Numbered from the whole stretch's first letter, positions 1-12,696 are shown. The stretch: 62,928 nucleotides of DNA, filler included, from Octopus bimaculoides (GCF_001194135.2; 5 parts of 4 records of this genome joined end to end with filler, not necessarily neighbours in it); one strand, 5' to 3'. Program-made: numbers and translations. The notes: generated from the letters alone by a model not told the origin.

Positions 1-376
1 TACATATATACATATATATATACGTACATATATACATATATATATATACATATACATATACATACATATATATATATATATACATACATATATATATGTA
101 TGTTTGTACTTATGTGTGTGTGCGTTTGTATGTATATATGTATACATATGAATATATATATACATGTATGCATATGTATGTTTGCGCGTATGTGTATGTA
201 AATATTCATTCTGGGCGTCTTTGTGTTGTATATGTGTGACTACATGTGTGTATAGTTGTGTGTGTATGAATGTATGTATTTATGTATGTATGCATACATG
301 TATGCATGTATGTATGTATGCATGCATGTATGTATGTATGTATGTATGTATGTATGAAGGAATGAATGTGTGGTAG
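1..376. repeat. (TA)n/(TACA)n/(TATG)n compound microsatellite
   Basis: Directly visible di- and tetranucleotide runs. Confidence 0.95.
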
Positions 377-687
377 TGAGTGAATAGTATGTGTTACATT
401 GACACTTGATATAATCTGTAATAGATATTAACTCTTAGTCGTTACATAATCACATTTAATTCCTTCTCGGAATCTTAATCTTCTTAAAATGTCGCATCGT
501 GTTGTGATTTCTTTTCTTCTTTCGCTGATTCTCACACATACGTACAAAGACTCTTTCACACACGAACATACAGGAAACAGAGTAACGAAAAGACTAATAG
601 ACACAAACACACATTCTTCTTACACACATATACACACATACTGTACTATCTTTTCTTTCTACCAAATATAAACCACATGGAATCATG

Positions 688-725
<38 letters not shown>

Positions 726-1744
726 TNNNNNNNNNNNNNNNNNNNNNNNNNNNNNNNNNNNNNNNNNNNNNNNNNNNNNNNNNNNNNNNNNNNNNNNNNN
801 NNNNNNNNNNNNNNNNNNNNNNNNNNNNNNNNNNNNNNNNNNNNNNNNNNNNNNNNNNNNNNNNNNNNNNNNNNNNNNNNNNNNNNNNNNNNNNNNNNNN
901 NNNNNNNNNNNNNNNNNNNNNNNNNNNNNNNNNNNNNNNNNNNNNNNNNNNNNNNNNNNNNNNNNNNNNNNNNNNNNNNNNNNNNNNNNNNNNNNNNNNN
1001 NNNNNNNNNNNNNNNNNNNNNNNNNNNNNNNNNNNNNNNNNNNNNNNNNNNNNNNNNNNNNNNNNNNNNNNNNNNNNNNNNNNNNNNNNNNNNNNNNNNN
1101 NNNNNNNNNNNNNNNNNNNNNNNNNNNNNNNNNNNNNNNNNNNNNNNNNNNNNNNNNNNNNNNNNNNNNNNNNNNNNNNNNNNNNNNNNNNNNNNNNNNN
1201 NNNNNNNNNNNNNNNNNNNNNNNNNNNNNNNNNNNNNNNNNNNNNNNNNNNNNNNNNNNNNNNNNNNNNNNNNNNNNNNNNNNNNNNNNNNNNNNNNNNN
1301 NNNNNNNNNNNNNNNNNNNNNNNNNNNNNNNNNNNNNNNNNNNNNNNNNNNNNNNNNNNNNNNNNNNNNNNNNNNNNNNNNNNNNNNNNNNNNNNNNNNN
1401 NNNNNNNNNNNNNNNNNNNNNNNNNNNNNNNNNNNNNNNNNNNNNNNNNNNNNNNNNNNNNNNNNNNNNNNNNNNNNNNNNNNNNNNNNNNNNNNNNNNN
1501 NNNNNNNNNNNNNNNNNNNNNNNNNNNNNNNNNNNNNNNNNNNNNNNNNNNNNNNNNNNNNNNNNNNNNNNNNNNNNNNNNNNNNNNNNNNNNNNNNNNN
1601 NNNNNNNNNNNNNNNNNNNNNNNNNNNNNNNNNNNNNNNNNNNNNNNNNNNNNNNNNNNNNNNNNNNNNNNNNNNNNNNNNNNNNNNNNNNNNNNNNNNN
1701 NNNNNNNNNNNNNNNNNNNNNACTGAAACAAGTAAAAGAGAGAA

Positions 1745-1779
1745 AAGAGTAAAAGAGTATATGTACATGTGTATATATG

Positions 1780-1839
<60 letters not shown>

Positions 1840-1927
1840 TGTGTGCATACACATGTATAAAGATACACATATATGCACAAACATATATGTGCTAAATATC
1901 TACAGATACACACACACATACACACAC

Positions 1928-1980
<53 letters not shown>

Positions 1981-1982
1981 TG
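1745..1982. repeat. (TG)n, (CA)n and (GATA)n microsatellites
   Basis: Directly visible runs after the 727-1721 gap. Confidence 0.95.
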
Positions 1983-2010
1983 ATTACATCTATGTATATT
2001 TTCTTTGCAG

Positions 2011-2070
2011 CCACATAGCGTCAGTTTTCAAGGGACTACATAGCGCATTTGTATCCTACAGATATTACTG
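2011..2070 (+). CDS. Candidate host exon, 60 nt, phase 2-2 (HIASVFKGLHSAFVSYRYY)
   Basis: Acceptor ttttctttgcag, donor G|gtatat, only one open frame; no recognisable homology. Confidence 0.2.
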
Positions 2071-2393
2071 GTATATATATATACAATGATCCAAGTAACA
2101 CTATCGGTTCGACGCTAGATGGCAAATAGAAAATATCCGTAAGTGTTATATTGTAGAAGTGAGCTGCACCATATCTGACTAAGTCAAGACAGTCAACTCT
2201 GAAAAATATTCCACTATACCGAGAGCGAAATAGATGCCATGATTAAGCACTGCTAATGAAGTCCAATAAAATAATTGTGAGTTATTAATTAGATCGTGGC
2301 AGAAAGATGTTCTTTAAATTTATTACTGGATAATTTTGTAGCAAGATAATCACACTGTGATCCAGTATTGTCAATATTTTTATTATCTTTCAA

Positions 2394-2578
2394 GGCGGCG
2401 ATCAAGCAGAAACGTTAGCACGGCGGGCGAAATGCTAAGTGGTATTTCGTCTGCCTTTGTGTTCTGAGTTCAAATTCCGCTGAGGTCGACTTTGCTTTTC
2501 GTGATTGATAAATCAAGTACCAGTTGCGTACTGGGGTTGATCTAATCAACTGGACCCCCTCCCCAAAAATTTCGAGAG
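2394..2578 (+). mobile_element. tRNA-derived SINE family 1 (Deu/Nin-like central domain)
   Basis: Head ggcggcga..gcagaaacgttagc, B-box-like gagttcaaattcc, central gaggtcgactttgc..gataaatcaagtaccag; about 9 further copies in the window. Confidence 0.85.
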
Positions 2579-2775
2579 TAGAAAAGAATGTTTTTATCAT
2601 CGTTTGTCTAAATAGATACACCTCTAAATATTATTTAATGTTTTCATTTGTAAAGTATTCAATTTTTGTCTGCATTAAAATACGTTTAAGATACAAAAAA
2701 TTGTATTAACCTTACTCATTATAAAACATATCGATGTTGGAATACGTGAATTATATATAACAAAGAAACGCTTAC

Positions 2776-2798
2776 CGTTATCTTTTTGAAGGCCTTAA
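2776..2798 (-). CDS. Candidate 23-nt micro-exon (xKAFKKIT)
   Basis: Minus strand: tttctacaccatctccttctccacag|TTAAGGCCTTCAAAAAGATAACG|gtaagc; one open frame. Confidence 0.3.
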
Positions 2799-2940
2799 CT
2801 GTGGAGAAGGAGATGGTGTAGAAACATGTTATTTTTCTTTAAAGGAAGCAAGAAATAATTGGGAATCTTCTTACACAACTATTCTTCGACTACTCAGTGA
2901 ATAATGCATCTCTGTCAATACACACACATAAACACGCACG

Positions 2941-2980
<40 letters not shown>

Positions 2981-3155
2981 CTCACACACACAAACACTCA
3001 CACACACACACACATATATACATCCATACTTACATACATATTTATATATATACATACATATATACATAAATTTGAACAGTGAGAGTGAATGCTCAACGCC
3101 GCACTGGTCTTTATTTGTGTTAAGGCTGCCATTGGTGTCATTTTAGGAAAATATC

Positions 3156-3254
3156 TTAACATTCTTCAAGCCGATCACATAGAAAAATTGGTATTCGTTT
3201 CCAAAATGGAGACGAACACCAATTCTCTATGCCATCAGCTTGAAGAATTGTTAA
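3156..3254. mobile_element. Short hairpin element bounded by TTAA (possible piggyBac-type MITE)
   Basis: Two ~45-bp arms pair around an AAA loop; TTAA at 3156-3159 and 3251-3254. Confidence 0.5.
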
Positions 3255-4269
3255 AATAATATAATATAATAACTCCGTCTGGTCAACGGCAGGAATATTG
3301 ATTGAACCTCAAAGACCATTTCACTACCTAGGAATTGAACACGAAATCACTGTGTTCAGGCGTGAAAGTAATTCTAAAATCCAAACTGGATCTGTCAGGA
3401 ATTGATGAGGTCAGCAAGTTGTTGATAAACGATTTAAGCACTTGTTTTATCAGAAGCTGGACTGACTGTCAAATTTGTTATAAACAACCTAGCCATTTTG
3501 GGATAAACAACATATTGGAATGTCATTAATGATTTTGTCTTTGGCGCCTTTCAGTGACCATTGGTTGTATATAGATGGTCTTTCTGGTACCTGACGAGTC
3601 ACCATAACACAGCTAAGCCCACTTGCTGCATGAGCTTACGGCGCCTACCGAAGCTACGGAATGCAGTGACTACTACAATCCACTATCGTAATACACTCAT
3701 CTTCCACAAACACACACGAGTGACTCACTAGGAGTGAATTTTTTTTTTTTCTGTCATCGTCGCATCGACATCGTATGTTTTTAAACGATTAATAATTATT
3801 TGGACCTCACAGATTGCTTTTCTTCTGCCAACCAACCACATATTTTGTCATTATAGGCTCATTTTCAGTGTCGAATTCTAAACAAAATGTTGATTCTAAT
3901 AGCAATATCCTACGACTAGATAAATTTTCTGTATTGAAAGAAGCATGCTTTATTTGAATGTTTCGTTGGCTGTACTATTGGGTTTAGTCTCTGTTATGTG
4001 TGCATAGCCTGAATGAAGAGCAAATAATTGACCCAGCAGCTATTTGTTAAATCCATTAACGATGGAAGTGAAGCAGGTTCATGCTATTCAATTGCCAATA
4101 ATTCATGTATTCATATTACGCGATGACTTCGTTTTTTTGTTTTTTTTTCATGAAACTCAAAATAACTGATTCTTTCATGCATTGATTTAGAGTCAAGTCG
4201 CAGTAAATATCTTTGGCTATAAAGAGTGTTTTCATAGGGATTTACTATGTGTATATGTTTGTGTGTGCA

Positions 4270-4282
4270 TATATACATATAC

Positions 4283-4338
<56 letters not shown>

Positions 4339-4428
4339 TGTATATGTATACAGACATATACACATATATATGTACATGTATTTATATAATATAAATATTA
4401 TATACATACATGTATATGTAAATGTATA

Positions 4429-4505
<77 letters not shown>
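4270..4505. repeat. (TG)n and (TA)n microsatellites
   Basis: Directly visible. Confidence 0.95.
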
Positions 4506-4506
<1 letters not shown>

Positions 4507-4562
4507 TATGATAAATAGATAAGTCGGAATCAGTAAGCAGTGCATGTATTCCTCAAGAGTAA

Positions 4563-4595
<33 letters not shown>

Positions 4596-5379
4596 GCATG
4601 AATATGCACGTGCAGCAGGTAAGCACGCGTGTCATACCTTTCTTTCTACTTTATAATTTGTCCATAGTAAATCAACAACACAAAGGACAACGCAAAGAAA
4701 AAAAAGGAAAAAAAAGACGAAATGCGCAAACTTTATACTATCTGACATTGCAATCTATTTGGTCATTTTTTACGAAAATATTTACTTTATTAGCATATAA
4801 ACGTGTCCCTGTTATTTATTTAAATGCTCTGAAAGATTAAGTTGGCTAATGGGACGTTATTATGGTGTGACAATGGAAGAAGGATTCATACGAAATTTGT
4901 GTTCTTTTTTTTTTTCATTTTTCTTTTATTGAACCATTTTCTTTTTCTTTTTTGCAGAAATTCTGATGAGTAATTCTTCATTGTCTGTACTCATTTCTTT
5001 ACGTGCTTTGATGTATTCCATTAATTCTTCCATTTCCTAGTTTACCAATATTTCTTTCTCACTCACACTACCTCTCCCTGTTTTCTTTTTCTTTTATTTT
5101 TGTTATATATCATTCTTTACTGATTACATAGATCTAATATATTTTACATGCATTACGTTAATTACGTTATTTGTCTTATCCCTGGGAACAAGAACACTTG
5201 TTTCCTGATAATAATTCTTCATGTACTCTGTAACCTCTACAAGTTTCTTCCTTCGCCTTCTACAATTCATCAATGTACAGTGAAGAAGTTCGCTCTTTAA
5301 TGATTATAAATACGTTATATTCTACCATAACATAGACTAGCCTCATAGATATAGAGATATATAGGCGCAGACATAGCTG

Positions 5380-5465
5380 TGAGGTTAAAAAGTGTTCTTC
5401 TCAGTCTCATAGTTGCAGGTTCGATCACAAATTTCAGCATTTTGGACAAGAGTCTTTTATAGCAA
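5380..5465 (+). mobile_element. Degenerate SINE family 2 head
   Basis: ggcgcagacatagctgtgaggtt..ggttcgatc..ttggacaagagtctt resembles the heads at 44697 and 17446. Confidence 0.5.
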
Positions 5466-6396
5466 GATCGAGTTAACTGCACTTTGTAGTAAAATTTGTA
5501 AGACCGAAAAGGAGCAGAGGCCCGTGTCCATCATATATATAAAAAAGACAAAAGAAAGTGAAACTACAGAAGGCTTGTGTTATATGGTTAAAGAATATAT
5601 TTAAATCGTTATGTTAGAAGAATGTTATAAAATTTTGCGTATAGTAACATTGTTTTTGAACAAATAACCGGTTTCGTATGTTCTTTTCAAATTTCTCAAA
5701 TTTCTTTACTTATATTGGGAAATATGGAGTTCCGGACAGGGGAAAGTGATATATATATATATAGCTAGAAATTGGAGCTAAAAAATATAACTCAAATAGC
5801 CAGACAATATCACCAACGTCATGAGATGTTCAAAGGGACTGCCAATGGCAAGCCACGACATCTGTCTCCAACGAGATAAAACTCACAGAATGGAGTAGTT
5901 TGATAAAACCCTATCACGTGATTACCATATAGGTAATAATTAATACATGTATATATAATTATAGAAATATAATTATAATAATAAGAGCACTAATGGATAG
6001 CGCCACTCGCTAGAAATAGACGCCAAATGGCTCTAAGAACTACAGCTATTTGCTCCATTAGTACGGATTGAAAACGAGGAAAGTGAATAAATCAAATTTC
6101 TTAAAAGAGGTTTAACTATAGATCGATTTCTGGTTTAGAAATATAAAATCTTTTATGTTTATCAGTATAGTTTGACCAATTGTACATAATTATAAACATT
6201 TATACATACCAATACGAATATCGCGTATCCATAATCATATATACAAATGTTCACATTTATATACGAGCTAAATCTAATTTATCCACCTCAACACGTGCAT
6301 ATACGACTGAAAATAATACTTCAGTGAATATTCTGGTCAGAGTAATTTATATTTATTTATTTAATAGTCAAGGATAAAATCTTCATAAAATATACT

Positions 6397-6421
6397 CAGA
6401 CAGACAGACAGACAGGCAGGC

Positions 6422-6516
<95 letters not shown>

Positions 6517-6520
6517 CAGA
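6397..6520. repeat. (CAGA)n(GATA)n microsatellite
   Basis: Directly visible. Confidence 0.95.
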
Positions 6521-6920
6521 CATCATTGTCGTATGAGAGTTTGGCAATTTCACGCCAAACAAGCAGACAGATGATTTTGTTTATATTCCTAGTTGGATGA
6601 ATATTCTTTGCATTTTGACTAGTTACGCAGTGATTATAAGTCAGAGGCGTAAATGAAAGCAAACTACTTCTGAAGTAATTAAAGCCGCCATTTCTGCTTA
6701 CTGAGAGCTTGNNNNNNNNNNNNNNNNNNNNNNNNNNNNNNNNNNNNNNNNNNNNNNNNNNNNNNNNNNNNNNNNNNNNNNNNNNNNNNNNNNNNNNNNN
6801 NNNNNNNNNNNNNNNNNNNNNNNNNNNNNNNNNNTAGTGGAGCTTCATTTGTCGAATTGAGGGTATGTTGAAAATGGAAGTCTACCGCAAGAGGATTCGA
6901 ACCCGTGATGCAACCATATG

Positions 6921-7183
6921 AAAAATAAAAATAAATGCGCCCTTTTAAAGCCTAGCCAGGCTCATGGGCCCGGTTTGCCGGTTTCAATGGCGTATGTATT
7001 CCCCAGCTGGACGGGACGCCAGTCCATCGAAGCGTTACTCATTTTTGCCAGCTGAGTGGACTGGAACAACGTGAAATGAAGTGTTTTGCTCAAGAACACA
7101 ACGCGTCGCCCGGTCCAGGAATCGAAACCACAACATTATGATCATGATGCTGACACCCTAACCACTAAGCCACGCGCCTCCAC
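6921..7183 (-). mobile_element. Intact tRNA-derived SINE family 3 with 11-bp TSD
   Basis: Minus head gtggaggcgcgtggcttagtggttagg, B box ggtttcgattcc, (TTTTTA)-type tail; TSD TGCAACCATAT at 6909-6919 and 7185-7195. Confidence 0.9.
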
Positions 7184-7255
7184 CTGCAACCATATACTAT
7201 GAATGATTTAGCGTGATATTGAAACGTCGTTGTGATTTACAGATAACCATTACAC

Positions 7256-7456
7256 CTTTGACTTATTTCAGTCATTTGATTGCAGCCAAGCTGGGGTACC
7301 ATCTTTTTTTTAGCCTAGTACTTAGCCTCTTTGGCCGAACCGCTAAGTTACGGGGATGTAAACAAACCACCACTGGATGTCAAACGGTGGTAAGAATAAA
7401 CACAAATGCAAAGACACACACACATACATACATACATACATACATACATACATACA

Positions 7457-7499
<43 letters not shown>

Positions 7500-7942
7500 C
7501 CGCTCGCTCTCCGCGGAGTAGATAAAACAGGGGACAACTGATGAAGAGATTGTTCTTTATGTTGCATGTTTCGTTTCTCTGTTTGTTTCTTTCGTTGTTC
7601 AAAAGAAGTTCGTTTTCTATGTTTTTGTTTTTTATGTTCTCGTTTCTCATTTTGTTCACGTTTTTTAATGTCCTGTACCCATTTATGCGTGTATATATAC
7701 ATATATATGTAGGTATGTACATATATGTATGCATATATATGCATATATTTATACATACATACATACATACATACATACAAACGAACATACATATGAATCT
7801 CCAACCAAATCCACTCACAAGGCTTTGGTCGGACCGAGGCCAAAGTAGAAGACTCGTGCTCAAGGTGCCATGCAGTGGGACTGAACCTAGAACCATATGG
7901 CTGGGGTGCAAGCTTCTTACCCCCCCCCCCCGTCTGTGCCTA
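7256..7942 (-). mobile_element. SINE family 2, full length, with an expanded internal microsatellite region
   Basis: 3' half (ccgaaccgctaagttacgggga) at 7256-7430 and 5' half (ccactcacaaggctttggtcgg..gtgggactgaacc) at 7790-7942 are separated by ACAT/CT repeats and other sequence. Confidence 0.8.
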
Positions 7943-8580
7943 TGATGACTTATAGTGACACTGTTCTATGAAATCTCCTATATTTCAGGTTATCTTGTGC
8001 AAGCGAAGGACGATACAGATCAGGAGATTATTTGACTTGATGTGAATTATGTGTGTTCAAAGTCGATTACATAAAACGAATTTATTTGTACAATACCTGA
8101 ACCTCTATGTTAGAACAGATAATGTTTGCTAGATCCTATTTTCGTATTGATTAATTGCTAAAATCTATGTGGCTTATTTAAAACTTAATTGCAAAAGATG
8201 ATTTCTCCAACCGTTTCTAATCTTTGGTTTAACATTAATTGATATTTGATTAGTCAAAATTAAATTAGATTGATTACGAAACTAATCAAGTGATTAAGAT
8301 TAGTTTGAAAAGTTCTAATTTTATTTCAGACACGAGTATTGGTTCAAGTTATTTAACTACACATACAAACGGGATTTGGTAATGAATCTTTAGTAGTGAT
8401 TGAGTTGGTTTCCACCGCTCGTTTTTCAATTATTTCTTTATATTCAAGTATCAAGAAAGTTTTCATTCGTTTCCCTTGTACCCATCAGTGTATTCAAAGA
8501 CATAGTTTTCGGTGAAGCACCATTGCTACTAAATGATACGCACATCGGGAGTTGCAGAGACTCTAACGCAACTCCACCTG

Positions 8581-8583
8581 TAT

Positions 8584-8619
<36 letters not shown>

Positions 8620-8620
8620 G

Positions 8621-8660
<40 letters not shown>

Positions 8661-8885
8661 TATCATCGTCGTCGCCATCGTCGTCATCATCACTATCACG
8701 ATCATCATCATCATCCACACCACCACCGCTCCCACACTCTCATCGTCACCATCATTATCGTTGTCCTCATCGTCATCCCCACTATCACCACCAACACCAC
8801 CCTCATCATCATCATCATCGTCGACGTCGCCGTCATCATCATCTCTACCACCATAAATCGCCATCATCCTCATCATCATCATCAT
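8581..8885. repeat. (CAT)n/(CGT)n imperfect trinucleotide repeat
   Basis: Directly visible; source of the poly-His/Ile/Met ORFs. Confidence 0.95.
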
Positions 8886-9194
8886 CAGGCAGAACTTACT
8901 CGGGTTCGTATGATCCTTATTCGCCTCCACTGTGGCCACAGTATGGTCTACAGAAGCACAGTAGAAGCCGTTATGCGGTCGCTCGTCCTGCTGCAGATAG
9001 CAACAAAAATCTCTGAAATTGCAACCTGCCATCTTAAAGACATTCGCAACATAATTCCTGATATGCAAAAGCAAATGGTTTCGTGGTTGGAAAAGGTTGT
9101 GGCCACGAATGCGTTCAACCAGGAATTCCATGGCACTCAACAACAACATCAACAATAACAGCAGCAACAACAACAATAACAACAATATTAGCAT

Positions 9195-10435
9195 GGAACG
9201 TGCAGAATAAAAGGATTCCTTTCTGTAGAAAGAACAGAAGAACACTCTTCTTTGATTGGAGCAAATACCCGCTTCAAATTTCGATAAAGAAAAAAAACCT
9301 TTCATGCCATGTTTGTCAGCTGACTCTTGCAGAGCTTTGGCTTTTGTTCCCACCACAATTGTTTCATTTTTCGGAGTTCAGTTTGACAGAGATTTTGACA
9401 GACTTGTAATGGTTTATTTTCTTTCTAACAGTGTTCTTATCTGCAATCTATTCTTTGTGATGTCTGTATATTTCTTGAAGCTGTTCATTTATAACCTCAT
9501 CATTTTCATCAAACCAATCTTGGTTTTTACAGCATAAAATCCAAAGATTTCTTTGGTTGTCTCATAAATAGTATCTCTAAGTTGGCCCCATGACACTTCT
9601 ATATTTTCCGTAGTTCTAATATTATATAACTTTTCATCAACTGTTTGAGCAAAAATATCCTTGTTATCTACTTTGTGCTTTGAAATATCTTTATTTTTGG
9701 CCAACTGGATCTCACTTTTATCTTACAAACCGTAGCATGGTAGGCCCAGCGTTCTACCTTTTGGAAAGAACATGTTAATTTAACATCATTTCTATCTCAA
9801 CTTCCGACAAACACATAAACACATAGTCAATCAAGTGACCATGACCTGATTGATTTTGGATGACTAGTGACTGGAAGTCCAAACTCACTGCACAGAGATA
9901 GCTGCAGGGCAGCATTTGAGTTCATTTTCCTAAGACCATGCTTATCAAGAATATTTAACCAAGAAAGATAATCTGATCCAACAGGGGCATTAAAATCTCC
10001 TACGAGAAAAATCTTATCTTGGCTGGGAATTTGGTTCAGTAGTATTCGAAGATCGGATGAGAATATATCTTTAGTTACATTTGTGGAACCAAGTGTTGGT
10101 GCGTATGCACTTACTAGCGTAGCATATTTTTTAGGCCAACTAAGATTCGCAATAACTTACGACGGTCATTAATTCCGTTTGGTAAGGATTCTAGTTTATG
10201 TACAATATCATTACAAATAGTGCAACCCACATTCTGCCTCACATTTACCAGTCCAGAACAAAGTGTACCCTCCAACTACGTCATTCAAATGTCCAAAATC
10301 TGGTACCCTTATTTCTAAAACAACAGCAATTCTAACATTGTTACTTCTCGGAAACGGAGCTATAAGTGCTGTTTCGTGCTTAGGATGCTTTTTGTCCTGA
10401 AGTGTGCGTACGTTCAAAGAGGTTTCGGCCATTTA
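9195..10435 (-). mobile_element. RTE-clade LINE, decayed 5' part (APE endonuclease and linker)
   Basis: Minus translations NVRTLQD..GGYTLFWTGK, SAYAPT, GDFNAPVG, KMNSN, WGQLRDTIYETTKEIFGF; frameshifts and stops. Confidence 0.85.
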
Positions 10436-10578
10436 AGTCGTCGTCGGACTGGCCGAAACATTAAAGACACTTTCAACAACATTCTCGTATAAGAATAATA
10501 AATTTGTACTCAACAAAAGTATCGAGCAGCTCATCAGATTAATGCAATTTTTTTTATGACTGAACATAAAAACAAATA

Positions 10579-10612
<34 letters not shown>

Positions 10613-10714
10613 NNNNNNNNNNNNNNNNNNNNNNNNNNNNNNNNNNNNNNNNNNNNNNNNNNNNNNNNNNNNNNNNNNNNNNNNNNNNNNNNNNNNNNNN
10701 NNNNNNNNNNNNNN

Positions 10715-10830
10715 GAAAGGCGAAGTTAATCTCGACAGGAAATGAATTCAGATCATAAAGAGCCGTAGGAAGAAATGCCGCAAAGACATTCGTTCGGCGC
10801 TCAAACGATTCTGTCAATCCACCGCTTTCG
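10715..10830 (-). mobile_element. SINE family 1 variant, 5' part
   Basis: Reverse-strand match to the family 1 head; cut by a gap. Confidence 0.6.
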
Positions 10831-10844
10831 TCCAATCAAATAAT

Positions 10845-11063
10845 AATAATCCTTTCTACTAAAGGAACAAGGCCTAAACTTTTGGCGGGAGAGGACTAGT
10901 CGATTACATCGACTCCAGTGTTTCACTGGTACTTTATTCATCGACCCCAAAAGGATGAAAGGCAATGTCAACCTCGGTGGAATTTAAACTCAGAACGTAG
11001 CGACGAGGGAAATACCGCTAAGCATTTCGTCCAGCGTGCTAACAATTCTGCCAGCTCACAGCC
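10845..11063 (-). mobile_element. SINE family 1
   Basis: atcgaccccaaaaggatgaaaggc..aactcagaacg..attctgccagctc. Confidence 0.85.
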
Positions 11064-11077
11064 ATAATAATAATAAC

Positions 11078-11128
<51 letters not shown>

Positions 11129-11129
<1 letters not shown>

Positions 11130-11643
11130 TGTCAGAGAACATCATAATAGATCGTGGAATATTCCAGGGTGATTCACTTTCCCCTCTCGTCTTCTGTCTT
11201 CCCATCGTTCCCTTGTCACTGAAAATGAGAATTGCAAAATCCTGTGGGATGCAATGATCCAGTGCGATCACCAGACCAGACATCGGCAACCGGGTATTGT
11301 TGTGGTGAATAAAAAATAAAGAACATCTATGATAATCGACATAACATGCCCCGTTGACAACAGGATCAATGTGGAAGAAGAAGAAAAAAGAAAAACCTAT
11401 GATGATTAAAAGTGGAAATACGAAGGTTGTGGTCGATGAAGAGAGTAGACGTGATACCAGTAATAATTGGTGCGTTTGGAAGTATCAGCACTCAACTACA
11501 AACATGGCTCAAAAAGATTGGTGCAAGTGTGAAGGTAGAACACCTACAAAAATCAGCATTGCTTGGAACTGCAAGAATTCTTAGCAGGGTTCTTGAAGCA
11601 TGACTTTCCATCAGGCCCAGAAAAATAAGCTGTGAGTTTTCAT
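11129..11643 (+). mobile_element. R4/Dong-like RLE non-LTR retrotransposon, internally deleted, flanked by (AAT)n
   Basis: RGIFQGDSLSPLVFCL (RT) joined directly to KILWD..IIDITCP..VIPVIIGAFG..LQKSALLGTARILSRVLEA* (RLE); (AAT)n at 11065-11128 and 11644-11814. Confidence 0.85.
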
Positions 11644-11652
11644 ATAATAATG

Positions 11653-11726
<74 letters not shown>

Positions 11727-11739
11727 AATAATAATAATG

Positions 11740-11804
<65 letters not shown>

Positions 11805-12139
11805 CATTAAATAATAGCAACCAATGAGCTCATTGATTGAAAAGCTGAATGTCAGTTACAAGTTATCGACAACGCAGACTCCGTTAACAAAGAGAAATGT
11901 TTGTGGTTCATAGATCCCAGTTCAAGGAGAGTCTCGCTATCCACTGTTCAGATTAGATCTTTAGGAAGATGGATTTTTTTTTTTAGCCAGACGCATATCG
12001 AGACATGTTCGTGCATGATTTTTTTCGCCGCCATTGTTAATTATTTCTCATCAAATATGTGCAGGTTGCCATTAGCAAAACATATTGTACTTTGATTAAT
12101 TTCTGTAACATTGATTTCCTACATTTATACAATCTTTCG

Positions 12140-12200
12140 TTTTTCTACTGGTTTCAGTCATTGCGTTTACGGCCATGCTGGAGCACTGTGCTCAATTTTA
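12140..12200 (-). mobile_element. SINE family 2, 3' fragment
   Basis: gtttcagtcattgcgtttacggccatgctggagcac. Confidence 0.6.
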
Positions 12201-12372
12201 TGGTCGATCTTCTAGGCATCCGATACACTGTTGCGATTTCGGTAACGCGAAGCTGACGTAAGTGTGTGCAGCGAAGCCTACGAGGCATTTTCTCCAAGAT
12301 TCAGGCTTTCTTCCATCTATTGCTTAGATAGATAGCTAGATAGATAGATAGATACATACATACATACATACA

Positions 12373-12404
<32 letters not shown>

Positions 12405-12444
12405 GGTAATGATATTTGTATGTGCATGCATATGTATATGTATA

Positions 12445-12495
<51 letters not shown>

Positions 12496-12696
12496 CATTT
12501 CTAAATTTCTCAGACAGACTTATACAGTAGCTTCACAATAAAGTGATGATTTGTTGCCAACTTAATGTGACAGTACCAGGAAAGGGAAGGATGTCTCTTC
12601 TATTTAGCCCCAGGAAACACCGTTTCCAGTTGGCTATGTGACACAAGCATACTGTGTCCTTGAGTTTTCAAACAGGGGAGATAAGCACCTCCACCA

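Noticed and set aside
594-1925. Long ORFs of 200-500 aa in the track (here and at 18631, 20238, 28784, 32821, 44820, 60100)
   Set aside because: They are N-gap read-throughs and dinucleotide repeats
4958-4969. 12-nt plus-strand micro-exon candidate (tttgcag|AAATTCTGATGA|gtaatt)
   Set aside because: It creates a stop if joined to the 2011-2070 candidate; such signals arise by chance in T-rich DNA
8400-9158. 252-aa His-rich ORF resembling a metal-binding or beak-type protein
   Set aside because: The His, Ile and Gln runs come from (CAT)n and (CAA)n microsatellites; the overlapping frames are equally open
10505-10545. Minus-strand CTGATGAgctgctcGATAc
   Set aside because: GATA instead of GAAA, and no supporting stems
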